From assembly GCA_965248535.1 (NCBI GenBank), contig CBDFJR010000005.1, positions 1,760,001-1,824,000 of the forward strand: a stretch of DNA of 64,000 nucleotides. Reading direction: 5' to 3'. Origin of the DNA: Phormidesmis sp. (GTDB lineage: Bacteria; Cyanobacteriota; Cyanobacteriia; Leptolyngbyales; Leptolyngbyaceae). The notes under the pieces are model-generated. The model had not been told where the DNA came from and searched no databases. It was given only the letters and a program-made list of their open reading frames with translations. Of the stretch, positions 32,036-42,644 are shown in pieces (position 1 is the stretch's first letter; every line of letters starts with the position of its first letter). A program made the position numbers and the translations under genes.

Positions 32036-32229
32036 CTAGTAGTTCACCAATTCAACGTTGACTAGTACCGATTTTTGGGGATGATGCGATAGTCTTGGGC
32101 TGCCGACCCTTGGGGGCGTGCCCCCAAACCCCCATTGGGGGCCGGTTGCCTCCCCCAAACCCCCTGCAAACGAAATCTTGGTTCAGTAGTTCGATATGAC
32201 TCCTCAGAGTTAGTTGGGCAGACTACCAG
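32036..32229. mobile_element. 194-bp MITE-like element, copy 1
   Basis: Imperfect terminal inverted repeats CTAGTAGTTCACC...GGCAGACTACCAG; collinear with 63141-63334; internal GC-rich hairpins. Confidence 0.8.
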
Positions 32230-32232
32230 TGT

Positions 32233-35007
32233 TTATTGCGATTGCAGTCGGGCTTCTAGGGCCTTGCCGATCCGATCGTGCGCTTCTTCTAAATGCGCTT
32301 TGGTGTAGAGATCTTTGTCATCTACTTTTCGCATTGCTTGAGCGAGCTTGCCGTGAAGCTGCTTGAGTTCATAGCGGGCGATCGTGCGGGCATCTTCGGG
32401 GGCATCGACTTGCCGCAGCACCATTGAGATTAGAGCATTCATATATTCGCGTTGCAGGGCGCGGCGCAGGCTCGATAGTTTAATGCGATCGCCAACGGGC
32501 TGCGTCACGTCGCCCCAGATGCTCGTTTGCAGGGTGTCAAATAACTCAGGCATGGTCAGGGCTTGCCCAGGCTCGGTTTTGAGTTCGGCATCTCTGAGAC
32601 GAGCGAGGCGATCGTAACTCAGCAAATCAAACAACGCCATCGATTGCAAAAATAGAATGTTGTCGTGAATGGGATAGTCTAAATTGCTCGATGGCTCGGT
32701 GCCCCAATGACTCCAGCGAGAGGGCGCAAGTTTGTTGAGAAACTCTGGTGAAAATTGAAAGGTTTCTTCGCTAAAGACATTTTTTTGCAGCATGGCTAGG
32801 GCCCGACGCTGCTGGGCTAAGGGCACTGGCTCAAAGGGCAACCGTCCTTTTGCGTCACCATAGCGATAGCGATTAAAGAACTGCCCGCCCACATACTCTG
32901 TTAAGAACAGGGAATATTGAAAGTAGTAATCAAACACCGCATTAAACGCAACCCGAACCTCGTTAAAGCTTTCGCCTTGACTGGGGTAGCGGCGATCGAC
33001 TTTTTTCCACATTTCACGAGCGTTGTCCATCTGCCACTGCGTGTAGGTGAGCAGGTCGCCGCTTAGATCAAAGACATTCACCTTGGGGTCTAGAAAAGAC
33101 GAGACATCTTCATCGGTGGCATAGGCGAGGGCTGGCTCTGGGGCCCGTTGAGCAATTTTGTCGAGAAGTCGCGTCTCAGCTTGGGGCACGACTGCCGCGA
33201 TCGGGGTATAGCCATATTCGATCGCCCATTCGTCATAGGGGCCGATGACGGCGGTGAAAAAGTCTCCCTGCTTGGTGCCTTGGGGCGCTAGGTTGACCGG
33301 GTTGTAGTCCATCACGGAGGCGACGAGTCCGTTCTTTTGGGTGATTGCGGTGTTGTTTAAATCTTCGGGTTTGAGCATGGCGCTGCCGTGAAAATTGTGC
33401 CGCAATCCCAAGGTGTGGCCGATTTCATGGGCGATTAACTCGCGCACAAATTCGTGAATGTAGTTTTTCATTTCAGGACTGCTGGGCAAGACGTTTTGAA
33501 ACATTGACAGCGCCATATTGCCGACAGCAAACTGCTTGGCCGCATCTAGCCCATAGCAAAGGTCTTGATAGTTGCCTAAGTGAGCGCCAAACCGCAGTTT
33601 AGGTACAGCAGGCTGATCGGATTTAGCGGCGTGTCGCTTTAGCGATCGGGCCGCCATGCCGTAGCTGCACAAATTGGGATTTCCCGTCAAATGAGCGGCA
33701 AAGGGGGCAGTCTCCATCTGGTTTTGCTCAACGAGGCTGCGATATTCTTGTTTGAGCGATCGCACAAAATCGGCTGACACGATCACGTCTGCGTCTAAGA
33801 TTTCGCCTGTGAGGGGGTTAACTCGCGACGGGCCCATCGCAAAAACGGCATCGGTCGAGTTGAACCAGCGAATCGTGTTGTAGCGCACGTCTGCGGGATT
33901 CCAGTCGGCGTTGTCGGGCATTTGTTTGACCTCGATCGCGTCTTTAAACCCGATTTTTTCAAAGGCGCGATTCCACAGCAACACGCCTTCTCGCACCGCA
34001 TCGCGATATTCAGCAGGAATCGTGTTTTCAAGCCAGAAGACGATCGGCTTTTTAGGCGCAGACAGGGCAGCCGTCGGGTCTTTTTTCTCTAAGTGCCAGC
34101 GATTGATATAGCGAATGAAGGCTTGGCGGGGGGTGTCGTCGTCTAAATCTTTAAAAGCAGTGATGAAATAGCCAATACGATCGTCGGCTAACCGGGGACG
34201 ATAGCCATTATTTTCGGGCAGTTTAGAAAGGCTATAGCGAACCCGCAGATTGAACGATCGGCTGTCGGGCAGGGCCGCAATATAGGTGGGCATTGCGCTG
34301 TTGCCATCGCCGCCCGAAAAGCCAAAAACGGACTCAATCTCGACGTTGAGTGGAAAGGCTTTAGCGGTGCCTAAATAGGATTTAGTGGCATCGATCGTGT
34401 AGCTGCTTTTGAGATAGCTCGCCAGCACGGGCGTGAGTCCGGGGAGGTCGCTTAACAACAGCGGAGTCAGATCAACCAAAATGCTTTTGCGCTGGGGGTG
34501 AATGCTGCGAATCGGCAACACTTCGATCACCGAATCGCTAAACGAACGGTGAATCGATCGCGCCATCGGAGTCCCGGCTTGGGCCCGAAAAAAGGTGTTA
34601 GGCACCACAAACTGAATGCTGTTATTGATGCGACGAAAGGTAAAGAGAAAGTCGCCGAGGGGCAGTCCGCTATAGATGCCGCGTTCGCCTAGCCCCGATT
34701 CGAGGGTCATAGCGGCTAGATAGTTGCGCTCTAGCTGATCGGGCAAAATTTCGGCAAACAGTTTTCCGGTCTTTTGATTTTGGTAGAGCGGAAACAGCCC
34801 CTCCGATCGGGTTGCCCCTAGCACCACTTGATCAAAGGGTTTAAAGGCAGGCTTTTCTACCTCAACTTCAGCGGCCGCAGCCTTTTTGGCGGCCTCTGTG
34901 GGAGCAGTTTGAGCACTCAGTTGACCGGGCAGCCAGTGACGACCTAAGGGCACCATCACCAACAGCAGCCCCAGTAAAAATGCTAGAAAAATTGATCGAG
35001 ATTTCAT
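32233..35007 (-). CDS. secreted zinc-dependent metalloprotease (DUF5117/DUF4953-type)
   Basis: Signal peptide; HEIGHTLGLRH zinc motif; SVMDY Met-turn; GPYDEWAIEYGY. Confidence 0.9.
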   Translation of the reverse strand: MKSRSIFLAFLLGLLLVMVPLGRHWLPGQLSAQTAPTEAAKKAAAAEVEVEKPAFKPFDQVVLGATRSEGLFPLYQNQKTGKLFAEILPDQLERNYLAAMTLESGLGERGIYSGLPLGDFLFTFRRINNSIQFVVPNTFFRAQAGTPMARSIHRSFSDSVIEVLPIRSIHPQRKSILVDLTPLLLSDLPGLTPVLASYLKSSYTIDATKSYLGTAKAFPLNVEIESVFGFSGGDGNSAMPTYIAALPDSRSFNLRVRYSLSKLPENNGYRPRLADDRIGYFITAFKDLDDDTPRQAFIRYINRWHLEKKDPTAALSAPKKPIVFWLENTIPAEYRDAVREGVLLWNRAFEKIGFKDAIEVKQMPDNADWNPADVRYNTIRWFNSTDAVFAMGPSRVNPLTGEILDADVIVSADFVRSLKQEYRSLVEQNQMETAPFAAHLTGNPNLCSYGMAARSLKRHAAKSDQPAVPKLRFGAHLGNYQDLCYGLDAAKQFAVGNMALSMFQNVLPSSPEMKNYIHEFVRELIAHEIGHTLGLRHNFHGSAMLKPEDLNNTAITQKNGLVASVMDYNPVNLAPQGTKQGDFFTAVIGPYDEWAIEYGYTPIAAVVPQAETRLLDKIAQRAPEPALAYATDEDVSSFLDPKVNVFDLSGDLLTYTQWQMDNAREMWKKVDRRYPSQGESFNEVRVAFNAVFDYYFQYSLFLTEYVGGQFFNRYRYGDAKGRLPFEPVPLAQQRRALAMLQKNVFSEETFQFSPEFLNKLAPSRWSHWGTEPSSNLDYPIHDNILFLQSMALFDLLSYDRLARLRDAELKTEPGQALTMPELFDTLQTSIWGDVTQPVGDRIKLSSLRRALQREYMNALISMVLRQVDAPEDARTIARYELKQLHGKLAQAMRKVDDKDLYTKAHLEEAHDRIGKALEARLQSQ

Positions 35008-35250
35008 GCTATGCCACTACCACAGAAATTTTGCCGCCGCCGATCGCTACAGCCCGCTGATGATCAACGCTACCTCCCAATGGTAGAAGATGCCATCGGA
35101 GTTTAGTTAATTTTTGAAAGGGGTCTGAAGCTGAAGTCTTAGATTTGGGTTGATCAAGCGGGATCTTGGGAGGCGAATTGCCTTTAGCAATTCCCTAGGC
35201 CTCTCAAAAAGTTGGGTGATATACTCAGAGCGCTTTTGTTAGGTGTAGTG

Positions 35251-35997
35251 GTGAATCACCCCGATCGTCAGACAGCGCTGATTGTGGGAGCCGGACAGGG
35301 AATTGGCTTAGAGTTTGTGCGGCAATTGCTCAACAGCGATCGTATCGGTTGTATCTATGCCACTTACCGATCGCCCTCGTTAGAACTGGGTGCCCTCGCC
35401 GATTCTCGGCTGCACCGCTTCCAGATGGATATCACTGACGAGTTGCAGATTGCCGCCGTAGTTCAAAAAATTCAAACTGAGACTTCAGCCTTGCACACGA
35501 TTATTAATTGTGTGGGTGTGCTGCACGACGGGGCAATGCAACCCGAAAAGAGTCTGCGGCACCTCAATGCCGAGCAACTGATGCACTATTTTCAGGTAAA
35601 CAGCATCGGGGCAGCCCTGTTGGCCAAACACATCCAGCCTTTGTTGAAACATCGCAACCGAGCCATTTTTGCCACGATTTCTGCCAAGGTGGGCAGCATT
35701 GGCGATAACGAGTTAGGTGGATGGTATGGCTATCGTGCGTCTAAAGCCGCGCTGAATATGTTTATGAAAACGGTGGCGATCGAATATCGCCGCACTTGCC
35801 CGACCACGATCGTGGTGACGCTCCATCCCGGCACGACTGACACTCAGCTATCTCGCCCATTTCAGCGCAACGTTGCCCCTGAGAAATTGTTTTCGGTCGA
35901 TCGCACAGTTGGGCAGTTGATGACGGTTCTCGATCGCTTAACTCAAGACGATAGTGGTGAATTTTTTTCGTGGGATGGCAGTCGATTGCCCTGGTAG
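35251..35997 (+). CDS. SDR oxidoreductase, CsgA (C-factor)-like
   Basis: GAGQGIG, SAKVGSIGDN, YRASKAALN and LHPGTTDT. The ORF extends upstream to 35212. Confidence 0.9.
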   Translation: MNHPDRQTALIVGAGQGIGLEFVRQLLNSDRIGCIYATYRSPSLELGALADSRLHRFQMDITDELQIAAVVQKIQTETSALHTIINCVGVLHDGAMQPEKSLRHLNAEQLMHYFQVNSIGAALLAKHIQPLLKHRNRAIFATISAKVGSIGDNELGGWYGYRASKAALNMFMKTVAIEYRRTCPTTIVVTLHPGTTDTQLSRPFQRNVAPEKLFSVDRTVGQLMTVLDRLTQDDSGEFFSWDGSRLPW

Positions 35998-36044
35998 CGA
36001 TCGTAGATTAAACAAGAGCACCGATTAAATCAATACCAAGATGT

Positions 36045-36073
36045 GTAGGGGCATGGCATCGCCGTGCCCTCAC
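36045..36073. repeat. REP-like palindrome (GTAGGGGCAYGGCA...GCCGTGCCC)
   Basis: The same motif occurs twice at 54915-54973; this copy lies between convergent genes. Confidence 0.65.
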
Positions 36074-36080
36074 GCAAAAG

Positions 36081-36596
36081 CTATTTGACATTAGCACTCA
36101 TGCCGATTTGGGCAGCGTAAGCGATCGCTAATCCATCCGCCGCGTCATCGGGTTTAGGAAGCTCTGACAGGCTAAAGATCATCATCACGGCTCGCTGCAC
36201 TTCTGACTTATCGGCTCCATATTTTGAGACGGCTGATTTGACCTGCGACTGGTGCAAAAAGATTGGCGATCCTAATCCACATTCTCCTAGGGCTAACTCA
36301 ATCACGCCCAGCGCCCGCAGCACCTTGCCCGCGTTAGTGTTTTCTCTCGTAAAAAAGGGCATTTCTAACGCGGCTACGTCGGGCTTGAGCGACTGACACA
36401 ACTCACAAATATCATCATGAATTTGCTTGAGTCGCTCAAATATCGCCCTCTCTTTTGAAGTTTTGATCACCCCATAATCGAGCACCACGCTATCTCGAAT
36501 TACGCCATATCCGATCGTGGCGATCGCCGGGTCAATCCCTAAAATTGTCTTGCCCGTGAAGTCGATCATGAAATTTATTAGAGACGGCGTGTTCAT
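36081..36596 (-). CDS. ruvC: Holliday junction resolvase RuvC
   Basis: ILGIDP, ALEMPFF and PKPDDAADGLAIA. Confidence 0.88.
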   Translation of the reverse strand: MNTPSLINFMIDFTGKTILGIDPAIATIGYGVIRDSVVLDYGVIKTSKERAIFERLKQIHDDICELCQSLKPDVAALEMPFFTRENTNAGKVLRALGVIELALGECGLGSPIFLHQSQVKSAVSKYGADKSEVQRAVMMIFSLSELPKPDDAADGLAIAYAAQIGMSANVK

Positions 36597-36636
36597 TCAT
36601 GATACACCCGAACTAATTACGCCCCTCTGCTCATTT

Positions 36637-37638
36637 TTAGAACTGCTTTAAGAACCGCAAATCGCTGCTGTAGAGCCGCCGAATATCATCAATCTGGTGC
36701 ATCACCATTGCCAATCGCTCGACCCCAAACCCCGCCGCAAACCCGGTATACACTTCAGGATCATAGCCCACGGCTTTAAGCACATTGGGATCAACCATAC
36801 CGCAGCCCAAAATCTCTAGCCAGCGACCTTTCCACTGCACATCAACCTCGGCAGACGGCTCGGTGAAGGGGAAAAAACTCGGCCGAAAGCGAATCGGCAA
36901 ATCACCAAACATTTCCTGCAAAAACACTTTGATCGTGCCTTTGAGATCGGTGAAGGTCAGCCCCTCGTCGATCGCTAAAATTTCAATCTGGTTAAACACG
37001 GCTGAGTGAGTGGCATCCACCGTGTCACGACGATAGACCCGACCCGGCACCGCAATCCTAATCGGCGGATCGTTATTTTCCATATAGCGGATCTGCACCG
37101 TCGAGGTGTGGGTTCTCAACAGGTTGCCATCGGGCAAATAAAGCGTGTCTTGCATATCTCGCGCCGGGTGATCGGGCAAGAAATTTAGCGCCTCAAAGTT
37201 GTAGTAGTCGGTCTCCATCTCTGGGCCTTCGGCGACGGTGTAACCCATGCCGACGAAGATATCTAGCACCTGATCGATCGTGCCATTGAGAGGATGCACT
37301 CGACCCTGAGGGCGGAAGACTCCGGGCATAGTCACGTCGATCGCCTCTGCCTCTAACCGGGCTTGAATCTGGGCCGTTTGCAATGCAGTGCGCTTGCGAT
37401 CGAGGTCTCCCTGAATCGCTTCTTTGACCTCATTGGCCCGGGCCCCAATGCGCGGCCGCTCGGCTGGGTCAAGTTTGCCCATGCCCCCCAGCACTTGGGG
37501 AATCGGCCCTTTTTTGCCGAGATATTTAACGCGAAGCTGCTCTAGCTGGTCGAGCGTTTCGGTGGCAGCAATGGCGGCTTGGGCTTCTCGCCGGATAGCA
37601 TCTAACTGAGATTCAAGTTCGATCGTCTGAGCAGTCAT
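36637..37638 (-). CDS. pheS: phenylalanyl-tRNA synthetase alpha subunit
   Basis: [25 protein letters not shown] and [12 protein letters not shown] at 37638 chosen so the gene does not overlap surE. Confidence 0.98.
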   Translation of the reverse strand: MTAQTIELESQLDAIRREAQAAIAATETLDQLEQLRVKYLGKKGPIPQVLGGMGKLDPAERPRIGARANEVKEAIQGDLDRKRTALQTAQIQARLEAEAIDVTMPGVFRPQGRVHPLNGTIDQVLDIFVGMGYTVAEGPEMETDYYNFEALNFLPDHPARDMQDTLYLPDGNLLRTHTSTVQIRYMENNDPPIRIAVPGRVYRRDTVDATHSAVFNQIEILAIDEGLTFTDLKGTIKVFLQEMFGDLPIRFRPSFFPFTEPSAEVDVQWKGRWLEILGCGMVDPNVLKAVGYDPEVYTGFAAGFGVERLAMVMHQIDDIRRLYSSDLRFLKQF

Positions 37639-37711
37639 ACTAAGAAATGATAGAGGTGCTGGACGCAAATACCGCGTAAAGTCGATGTGTTTTATTAGTT
37701 TAGTTGATTGA

Positions 37712-38509
37712 ATGAAACTCCTGATCAGCAACGACGATGGTGTTTATGCGCTGGGCATTCGGACGTTGGCCAACACCCTGGCAACCGCGGGACATGACGT
37801 GACGGTGGTCTGCCCCGATCGTGAGCGCTCTGCCACCGGACACGGACTCACTCTGCATCAACCGATTAGAGCCGAGGTGGTTGAGTCGGTTTTTCACCCG
37901 TCTATCAAAGCTTGGGCCTGTTCGGGTACGCCCTCAGACTGCGTGAAGCTGGCGCTTTGGGCGCTGTTAGACAGTCCGCCTGATTTTGTGCTGTCGGGCA
38001 TTAATCATGGCTCAAATCTGGGCACCGATGTGCTTTATTCGGGCACGGTCTCCGCAGCGATGGAAGGCACGATCGAGGGAATTCCTAGCGTTGCTTTTAG
38101 TTTGACGAGCTTTAAAGGTCACGACTTTCAGCCTGCGGCTGACTTTGCCTGTTTGCTCGTGCAGCAGTTAAAGGAGAGACCTTTGCCAGAGTTGACCTTG
38201 CTGAATGTGAATGTTCCAGCGATCGCCGCTTCTGAGATCAAGGGAGCGATCGTGACTCGTCAAGGCATTCGTCGCTATGTAGATGTGTTTGAAAAACGCG
38301 CTGATCCTAGAGGCAAAACCTATTATTGGTTAGCTGGAGAGGTGCTCGAAGATGTCGAAGATCCGCGTATGCCAGATCAAGTTCCGACTGATGTGCAAGC
38401 CAATCGAGAGCACTACATTACCATCACACCCCTGCACTACAATCTCACGTCGCCTTCTGGCTTAGAGACAATGCAGAAATGGGCACAGGGGCTTCCTCAA
38501 ATAGGTTGA
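37712..38509 (+). CDS. surE: 5'/3'-nucleotidase SurE
   Basis: [15 protein letters not shown] and [25 protein letters not shown]. Confidence 0.97.
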   Translation: MKLLISNDDGVYALGIRTLANTLATAGHDVTVVCPDRERSATGHGLTLHQPIRAEVVESVFHPSIKAWACSGTPSDCVKLALWALLDSPPDFVLSGINHGSNLGTDVLYSGTVSAAMEGTIEGIPSVAFSLTSFKGHDFQPAADFACLLVQQLKERPLPELTLLNVNVPAIAASEIKGAIVTRQGIRRYVDVFEKRADPRGKTYYWLAGEVLEDVEDPRMPDQVPTDVQANREHYITITPLHYNLTSPSGLETMQKWAQGLPQIG

Positions 38510-38671
38510 GAACTGGTTCAATAAAGCTAAATCAGAAGTCTTAAATGTCTGATTTTAGAGGTCGATCATGGCCATTTTATTGCTAAGTCTTACGCCCTAT
38601 TTGCTAAGAAGTGATGAGTCATTTAATCTGAACGTCATCGCTTTTTCCTTTTCGCCCTTTTATAATTTGCC

Positions 38672-39907
38672 ATGTTTTCTAGAATTCGTCGTTTGATCCA
38701 TCGGTTCTTTAATCGATCGAGCAGGCTCAATAATGAGCCGCTCAACAAAGTGAGCTTAATCGTGCTCATTTTGATTGATCTATTTATCTTATTCAACGTC
38801 TTTTCAGGACTCAATGATATTAGTGGATGGCATCTCGCGCCTTCGCAGTCCTATCCTTGTTATTCTGACTGGAAAAGTTATCAAACCGAAACTAATCAAA
38901 CTAAAAACTACACGACAATTCATGACACGGTTACGTCCTCCTATCCCGGTTCACCTGCTTTTCGGAAAACCTATCAGCAAGCCGAAATCGGACATTTAGG
39001 CAACGTTTCTGAAACCTGCCTCAAATATGCAGACTATCAAGACAAGATCAAAACTCCTGAAAATCAGAAAACGGTCAATCTCATTGATCAGAAGCAAAAT
39101 AGAGTCAACACGATCGAGCAGAGCGATCGCAAGATTCGGGAGCAATATGACTCAACGCTCTTAGAAAAAATTGCGGGTCAGACTCGTGAGCAATCGATTA
39201 ACGCTGTCGGTGCTGAAAAAGCCAAGCAGGAGCTAGATCAAAATAGCCGAACGACTTCTACACTCAAAACAGAAATTTCTAGTCTTAAAACTCAGCTAAT
39301 TACCAAGCCAGAGACTGCTAGTTTTATCGCTTTTTTGAACGATCGCGGCAGTTTTGAAACCGTCGAAAAAGGCTATCAACAAGCCTCTTTTTGGTATCCC
39401 AGCCTTCAGCTTGTTTTTCAGGCTCTCTTTCTATTGCCATTGATTTTGATTGCTTTATCGGTCTATAAGTTTGCTCAACGCAAAGGCTATGGTCTGATCT
39501 CGCTAATTAGCTGGCATTTGCTGGTGATCTTCTTTATTCCCCTGATTTTCAAAGTTTTTGAGTTTCTGCAAGTTGGGGCGCTGTTTGAGCTTTTCTTTAA
39601 CGTCATCAAAGCGCTGTTTGGTGGGTTAGTATTTCTGATTAATTATGTTTACATTCTGCTGATTCCACTGGTTGGGTTTGGGATTATCAAATTCTTTCAA
39701 AAGTTTGCGTTTAATCCCAAAGTTCAAGCCGCAAATCGAGTGCAAAAGTCAGAATGTTTGCGATGTGCCAAAAAAATTCGTCATCATGATTCTCATTGCC
39801 CTCACTGCGGTTATTCTCAATATACCGAGTGTCCCAACTGTCACGATTTGACTTACAAAAATTTACCGCATTGCAAACAGTGCGGACAGTCTCAAACATT
39901 TAGCTAG
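38672..39907 (+). CDS. membrane protein with periplasmic coiled-coil region and C-terminal double zinc ribbon
   Basis: N-terminal TM, 3-4 C-terminal TMs and four CxxC motifs; lower GC than its neighbours. Confidence 0.8.
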   Translation: MFSRIRRLIHRFFNRSSRLNNEPLNKVSLIVLILIDLFILFNVFSGLNDISGWHLAPSQSYPCYSDWKSYQTETNQTKNYTTIHDTVTSSYPGSPAFRKTYQQAEIGHLGNVSETCLKYADYQDKIKTPENQKTVNLIDQKQNRVNTIEQSDRKIREQYDSTLLEKIAGQTREQSINAVGAEKAKQELDQNSRTTSTLKTEISSLKTQLITKPETASFIAFLNDRGSFETVEKGYQQASFWYPSLQLVFQALFLLPLILIALSVYKFAQRKGYGLISLISWHLLVIFFIPLIFKVFEFLQVGALFELFFNVIKALFGGLVFLINYVYILLIPLVGFGIIKFFQKFAFNPKVQAANRVQKSECLRCAKKIRHHDSHCPHCGYSQYTECPNCHDLTYKNLPHCKQCGQSQTFS

Positions 39908-40101
39908 GCCTGGTCAGACTGATAATAATTGAGGGCTGCTGTCTTAGAAAGACGATCTTGACCATCCGCTTCTTCCATTAGCTGCGCTAGACCAAAGTTC
40001 TCTAAGATTTCTTCAATTTGCTCAAACTCAGCGATCGAAATCTGTACAGCAACTGCTTGCTGATTTTCATCTAACACATAACGCTTTTGAATTTCTAGCA
40101 T
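39904..40101 (-). CDS. small acidic antitoxin-like protein (no partner toxin)
   Basis: MLEIQKRYVLDENQQAVAVQISIAEFEQIEEILENFGLAQLME resembles antitoxins that precede RelE/ParE toxins. Confidence 0.6.
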   Translation of the reverse strand: MLEIQKRYVLDENQQAVAVQISIAEFEQIEEILENFGLAQLMEEADGQDRLSKTAALNYYQSDQA

Positions 40102-40315
40102 GGCGAAATTGAATTCTGCTCTTTTATCTTGTCACAATCTTTGTAAGAGAACATTAGTGCCAGGGATCTGGACAATTTGAGCAAACTAGCTTTTTGGACG
40201 TACTGCAAGTCACCGCTTAGAGCTAGAGGAAAATCCTCATTTAAAAGCGTGAGGTTATTCCTTGCCAAACCCGTACAATTCTAAAATTGAGTAACGGTTG
40301 TAGTAGGACATCACT

Positions 40316-41626
40316 GTGGCGTTTAAAGTTGGTTTACTTGGATTGGGCACCGTCGGCACCGGAACCGTTGAGATCTTGCGCGACCCGGCTCAACGGCATC
40401 CCCTGCTGCAAGAGTTAGTTCTTCACAAAGTCGGAGTCCGATCGCTCGACAAAGCCCGATCGCTCAACCTCTCCGCAGACCTGCTCACCACTGACCTAGA
40501 CGCGATCGTCACTGACCCTGAAATCGATATCGTCGTCGAAGTCATCGGCGGTTTAGAACCGGCCCGATCGCTGATTCTCAAAGCAATCGCCCACAAAAAA
40601 CACGTCGTGACCGCTAACAAGGCCGCGATCGCCCGATTTGGTGACGAGATCTTTACGGCCGCCTCAAAAGCCGGAGTCTATGTCTTATTAGAAGCCGCTG
40701 TCGGAGGCGGAATTCCGGTGATTGAGCCGCTCAAACAATCGCTGTGCGCCAATCGCATCAACACGGTTACAGGCATTGTCAACGGCACCACCAACTACAT
40801 TCTGACCCGGATGCAAACCGAGGGCGGCGACTTTGGCGAAATTTTGGCAGACGCTCAACAGCTAGGCTACGCGGAGGCTGACCCAACAGCAGATGTCGAT
40901 GGGTTAGATGCTGCCGATAAGATTGCCATTCTTGCGTCTCTCGCGTTTAGTGGCCGCATTAAGCTCTCAGAAGTCCACTGTGAGGGCATTCGGCAGGTGG
41001 GCGCAGCCGATATTGCCTATGCCGAAAAGCTGGGATTTGTGATCAAGCTGTTGGCGATCGCTAAACGTGAATCCGACGAACAACTACAGGTTAGGGTGCA
41101 TCCGACCCTTGTACCTAAAGCCCATCCTCTCGCCAGTGTGAATGATGTTTATAACGCGATTTTGATCGAAGGCGACCCGATCGGGCAGGTCATGTTTTTT
41201 GGTCGCGGAGCCGGGGCAGGCCCGACTGCTAGCGCCGTGGTCGCAGATATTCTCAATATCGCCGCCCTCTTAAAAGTCGGACGGGGACAGGTCACCCAGG
41301 CAGACGGAACGCCGCTACTTGACCCTTTGTTGGCGTGTTCGCACCAGCACTATTGCACGATCGCACCGATGGAAGAGTTAGTGACTCGCTTTTATGCTCG
41401 GTTTATGACTCAAGATTATGCGGGTGTGATCGGCAGGCTGGGCACTTGTTTTGGTGATCACGAAGTCAGCCTAGAGTCCGTCGTGCAAGCCGGAATTCGC
41501 GATGGACTGGCGGAAATTGTGGTTGTTACCCACGATGTTCGAGAAGGCAATTTCCGCAAGGCGCTGGATGAGATTCAACGCATGACCACTGTTGCCAATG
41601 TCGCCAGTGTGCTGCGGGTGTTGTAA
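40316..41626 (+). CDS. hom: homoserine dehydrogenase
   Basis: GLGTVG, VVTANK, EAAVGGGIP, NGTTNYIL, GYAEADPTADV and a C-terminal ACT domain. Confidence 0.97.
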   Translation: MAFKVGLLGLGTVGTGTVEILRDPAQRHPLLQELVLHKVGVRSLDKARSLNLSADLLTTDLDAIVTDPEIDIVVEVIGGLEPARSLILKAIAHKKHVVTANKAAIARFGDEIFTAASKAGVYVLLEAAVGGGIPVIEPLKQSLCANRINTVTGIVNGTTNYILTRMQTEGGDFGEILADAQQLGYAEADPTADVDGLDAADKIAILASLAFSGRIKLSEVHCEGIRQVGAADIAYAEKLGFVIKLLAIAKRESDEQLQVRVHPTLVPKAHPLASVNDVYNAILIEGDPIGQVMFFGRGAGAGPTASAVVADILNIAALLKVGRGQVTQADGTPLLDPLLACSHQHYCTIAPMEELVTRFYARFMTQDYAGVIGRLGTCFGDHEVSLESVVQAGIRDGLAEIVVVTHDVREGNFRKALDEIQRMTTVANVASVLRVL

Positions 41627-41733
41627 TCGTTGCAATGAGAATCTATAACCCGGTCTAACCTAGCCCAAATTTCAAGTCGGAGCGGGAGATCGGGCAACCC
41701 TTAAAACTGGTGCAAGCCATCAGTTCGCTGTCT

Positions 41734-42060
41734 CTAATTAGGCGGAAAAACTATTTGAGTAGAAGACGTGGCTCGCGTTGCCAACCAACTCTTAAAGGAG
41801 CGATCGCTCTCACCACTTTGCCGACCTGCTAACAATCCTTCAACCCCGATATGTTCGTCTAAGTCAACCCACTCGATCGCATAGCCGTCTCCTAAAATCT
41901 GCCAGTTTTGCCGCTCCTCTTGAGAAGCGTGCAGCAAACGTGGGTACCACGATAAGGGAACGATTAAGCTGCGCCCATCGATTAAATCCACGATTAACTT
42001 TTCGTCAGTTAGGCTGATGAGTGCTGCAAGAGGGTCTGTCTCAAGCGTCAAAGTAGTCAT
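41734..42060 (-). CDS. DUF2442 family protein (TA module partner)
   Basis: LIVDLIDGRSLIVPLSWYPRLLHASQEERQNWQI...IEWVDLDEHI. Confidence 0.85.
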   Translation of the reverse strand: MTTLTLETDPLAALISLTDEKLIVDLIDGRSLIVPLSWYPRLLHASQEERQNWQILGDGYAIEWVDLDEHIGVEGLLAGRQSGESDRSFKSWLATRATSSTQIVFPPN

Positions 42061-42277
42061 GCCAAGCCTCCAACAGTGCTTGTTCGTGTTCCTTCACAAG
42101 ACGAGCAATGTCATTTAACTCGTGGTCTTTTAACCCTCGATTTTTTGCTAGAGAAACCGGACTAAGCCAAAACTTCGCTAACTGTCGATCGCGCTTAACG
42201 TGAATGTGAGCAGGTTCGCCTCGATCAGAACTGAAAAAAATGAAACAGTAAGGGCCAACCTGAAAAGCTGTGGGCAT
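42041..42277 (-). CDS. DUF4160 family protein (TA module partner)
   Basis: MPT...FIFFSSDRGEPAHIHV...AKFWL...LLEAWHDYF; overlaps the DUF2442 gene. Confidence 0.85.
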   Translation of the reverse strand: MPTAFQVGPYCFIFFSSDRGEPAHIHVKRDRQLAKFWLSPVSLAKNRGLKDHELNDIARLVKEHEQALLEAWHDYFDA

Positions 42278-42317
42278 TTAGCGGGGTTCGTATAAAAATG
42301 AAATTGGGACGAATCTA

Positions 42318-42605
42318 TCAATCTCCAGTGACGATCTTGGGCACTTTGAAAAACTCGCCTTCACGATCGGGCGCACCCTCTAAAATATCTTCGCGAGGAT
42401 AGGGCTGCTGACGATCGGCGCGCACCACGTTGCTGACCTCGATCGCACGAGTTGTAGGCTTTACATCTGTGACATCTAACTCACTCAGCAACTCAAAATA
42501 ATCTAGAATGCTGCCGAGTTGAGTGGTGAATTTTTCTTCTTCGGCGGGGGTTAGCTGCAACCGAGCGAGATGAGCAACTTTTTGAACTTGGGCACGATCG
42601 AGCAT
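42318..42605 (-). CDS. gatC: Asp/Glu-tRNA amidotransferase subunit C
   Basis: VQKVAHLARL...LSELDVTDVKPT...FFKVPKI. Confidence 0.96.
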   Translation of the reverse strand: MLDRAQVQKVAHLARLQLTPAEEEKFTTQLGSILDYFELLSELDVTDVKPTTRAIEVSNVVRADRQQPYPREDILEGAPDREGEFFKVPKIVTGD

Positions 42606-42644
42606 GAGTCTTAATTTAGTGAAATTTGACGTGAGAAATCAGCT

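Noticed and set aside
37639..37731. N-terminal extension of PheS overlapping surE
   Set aside because: The ATG at 37638 gives a normal-length PheS and leaves a divergent promoter gap.
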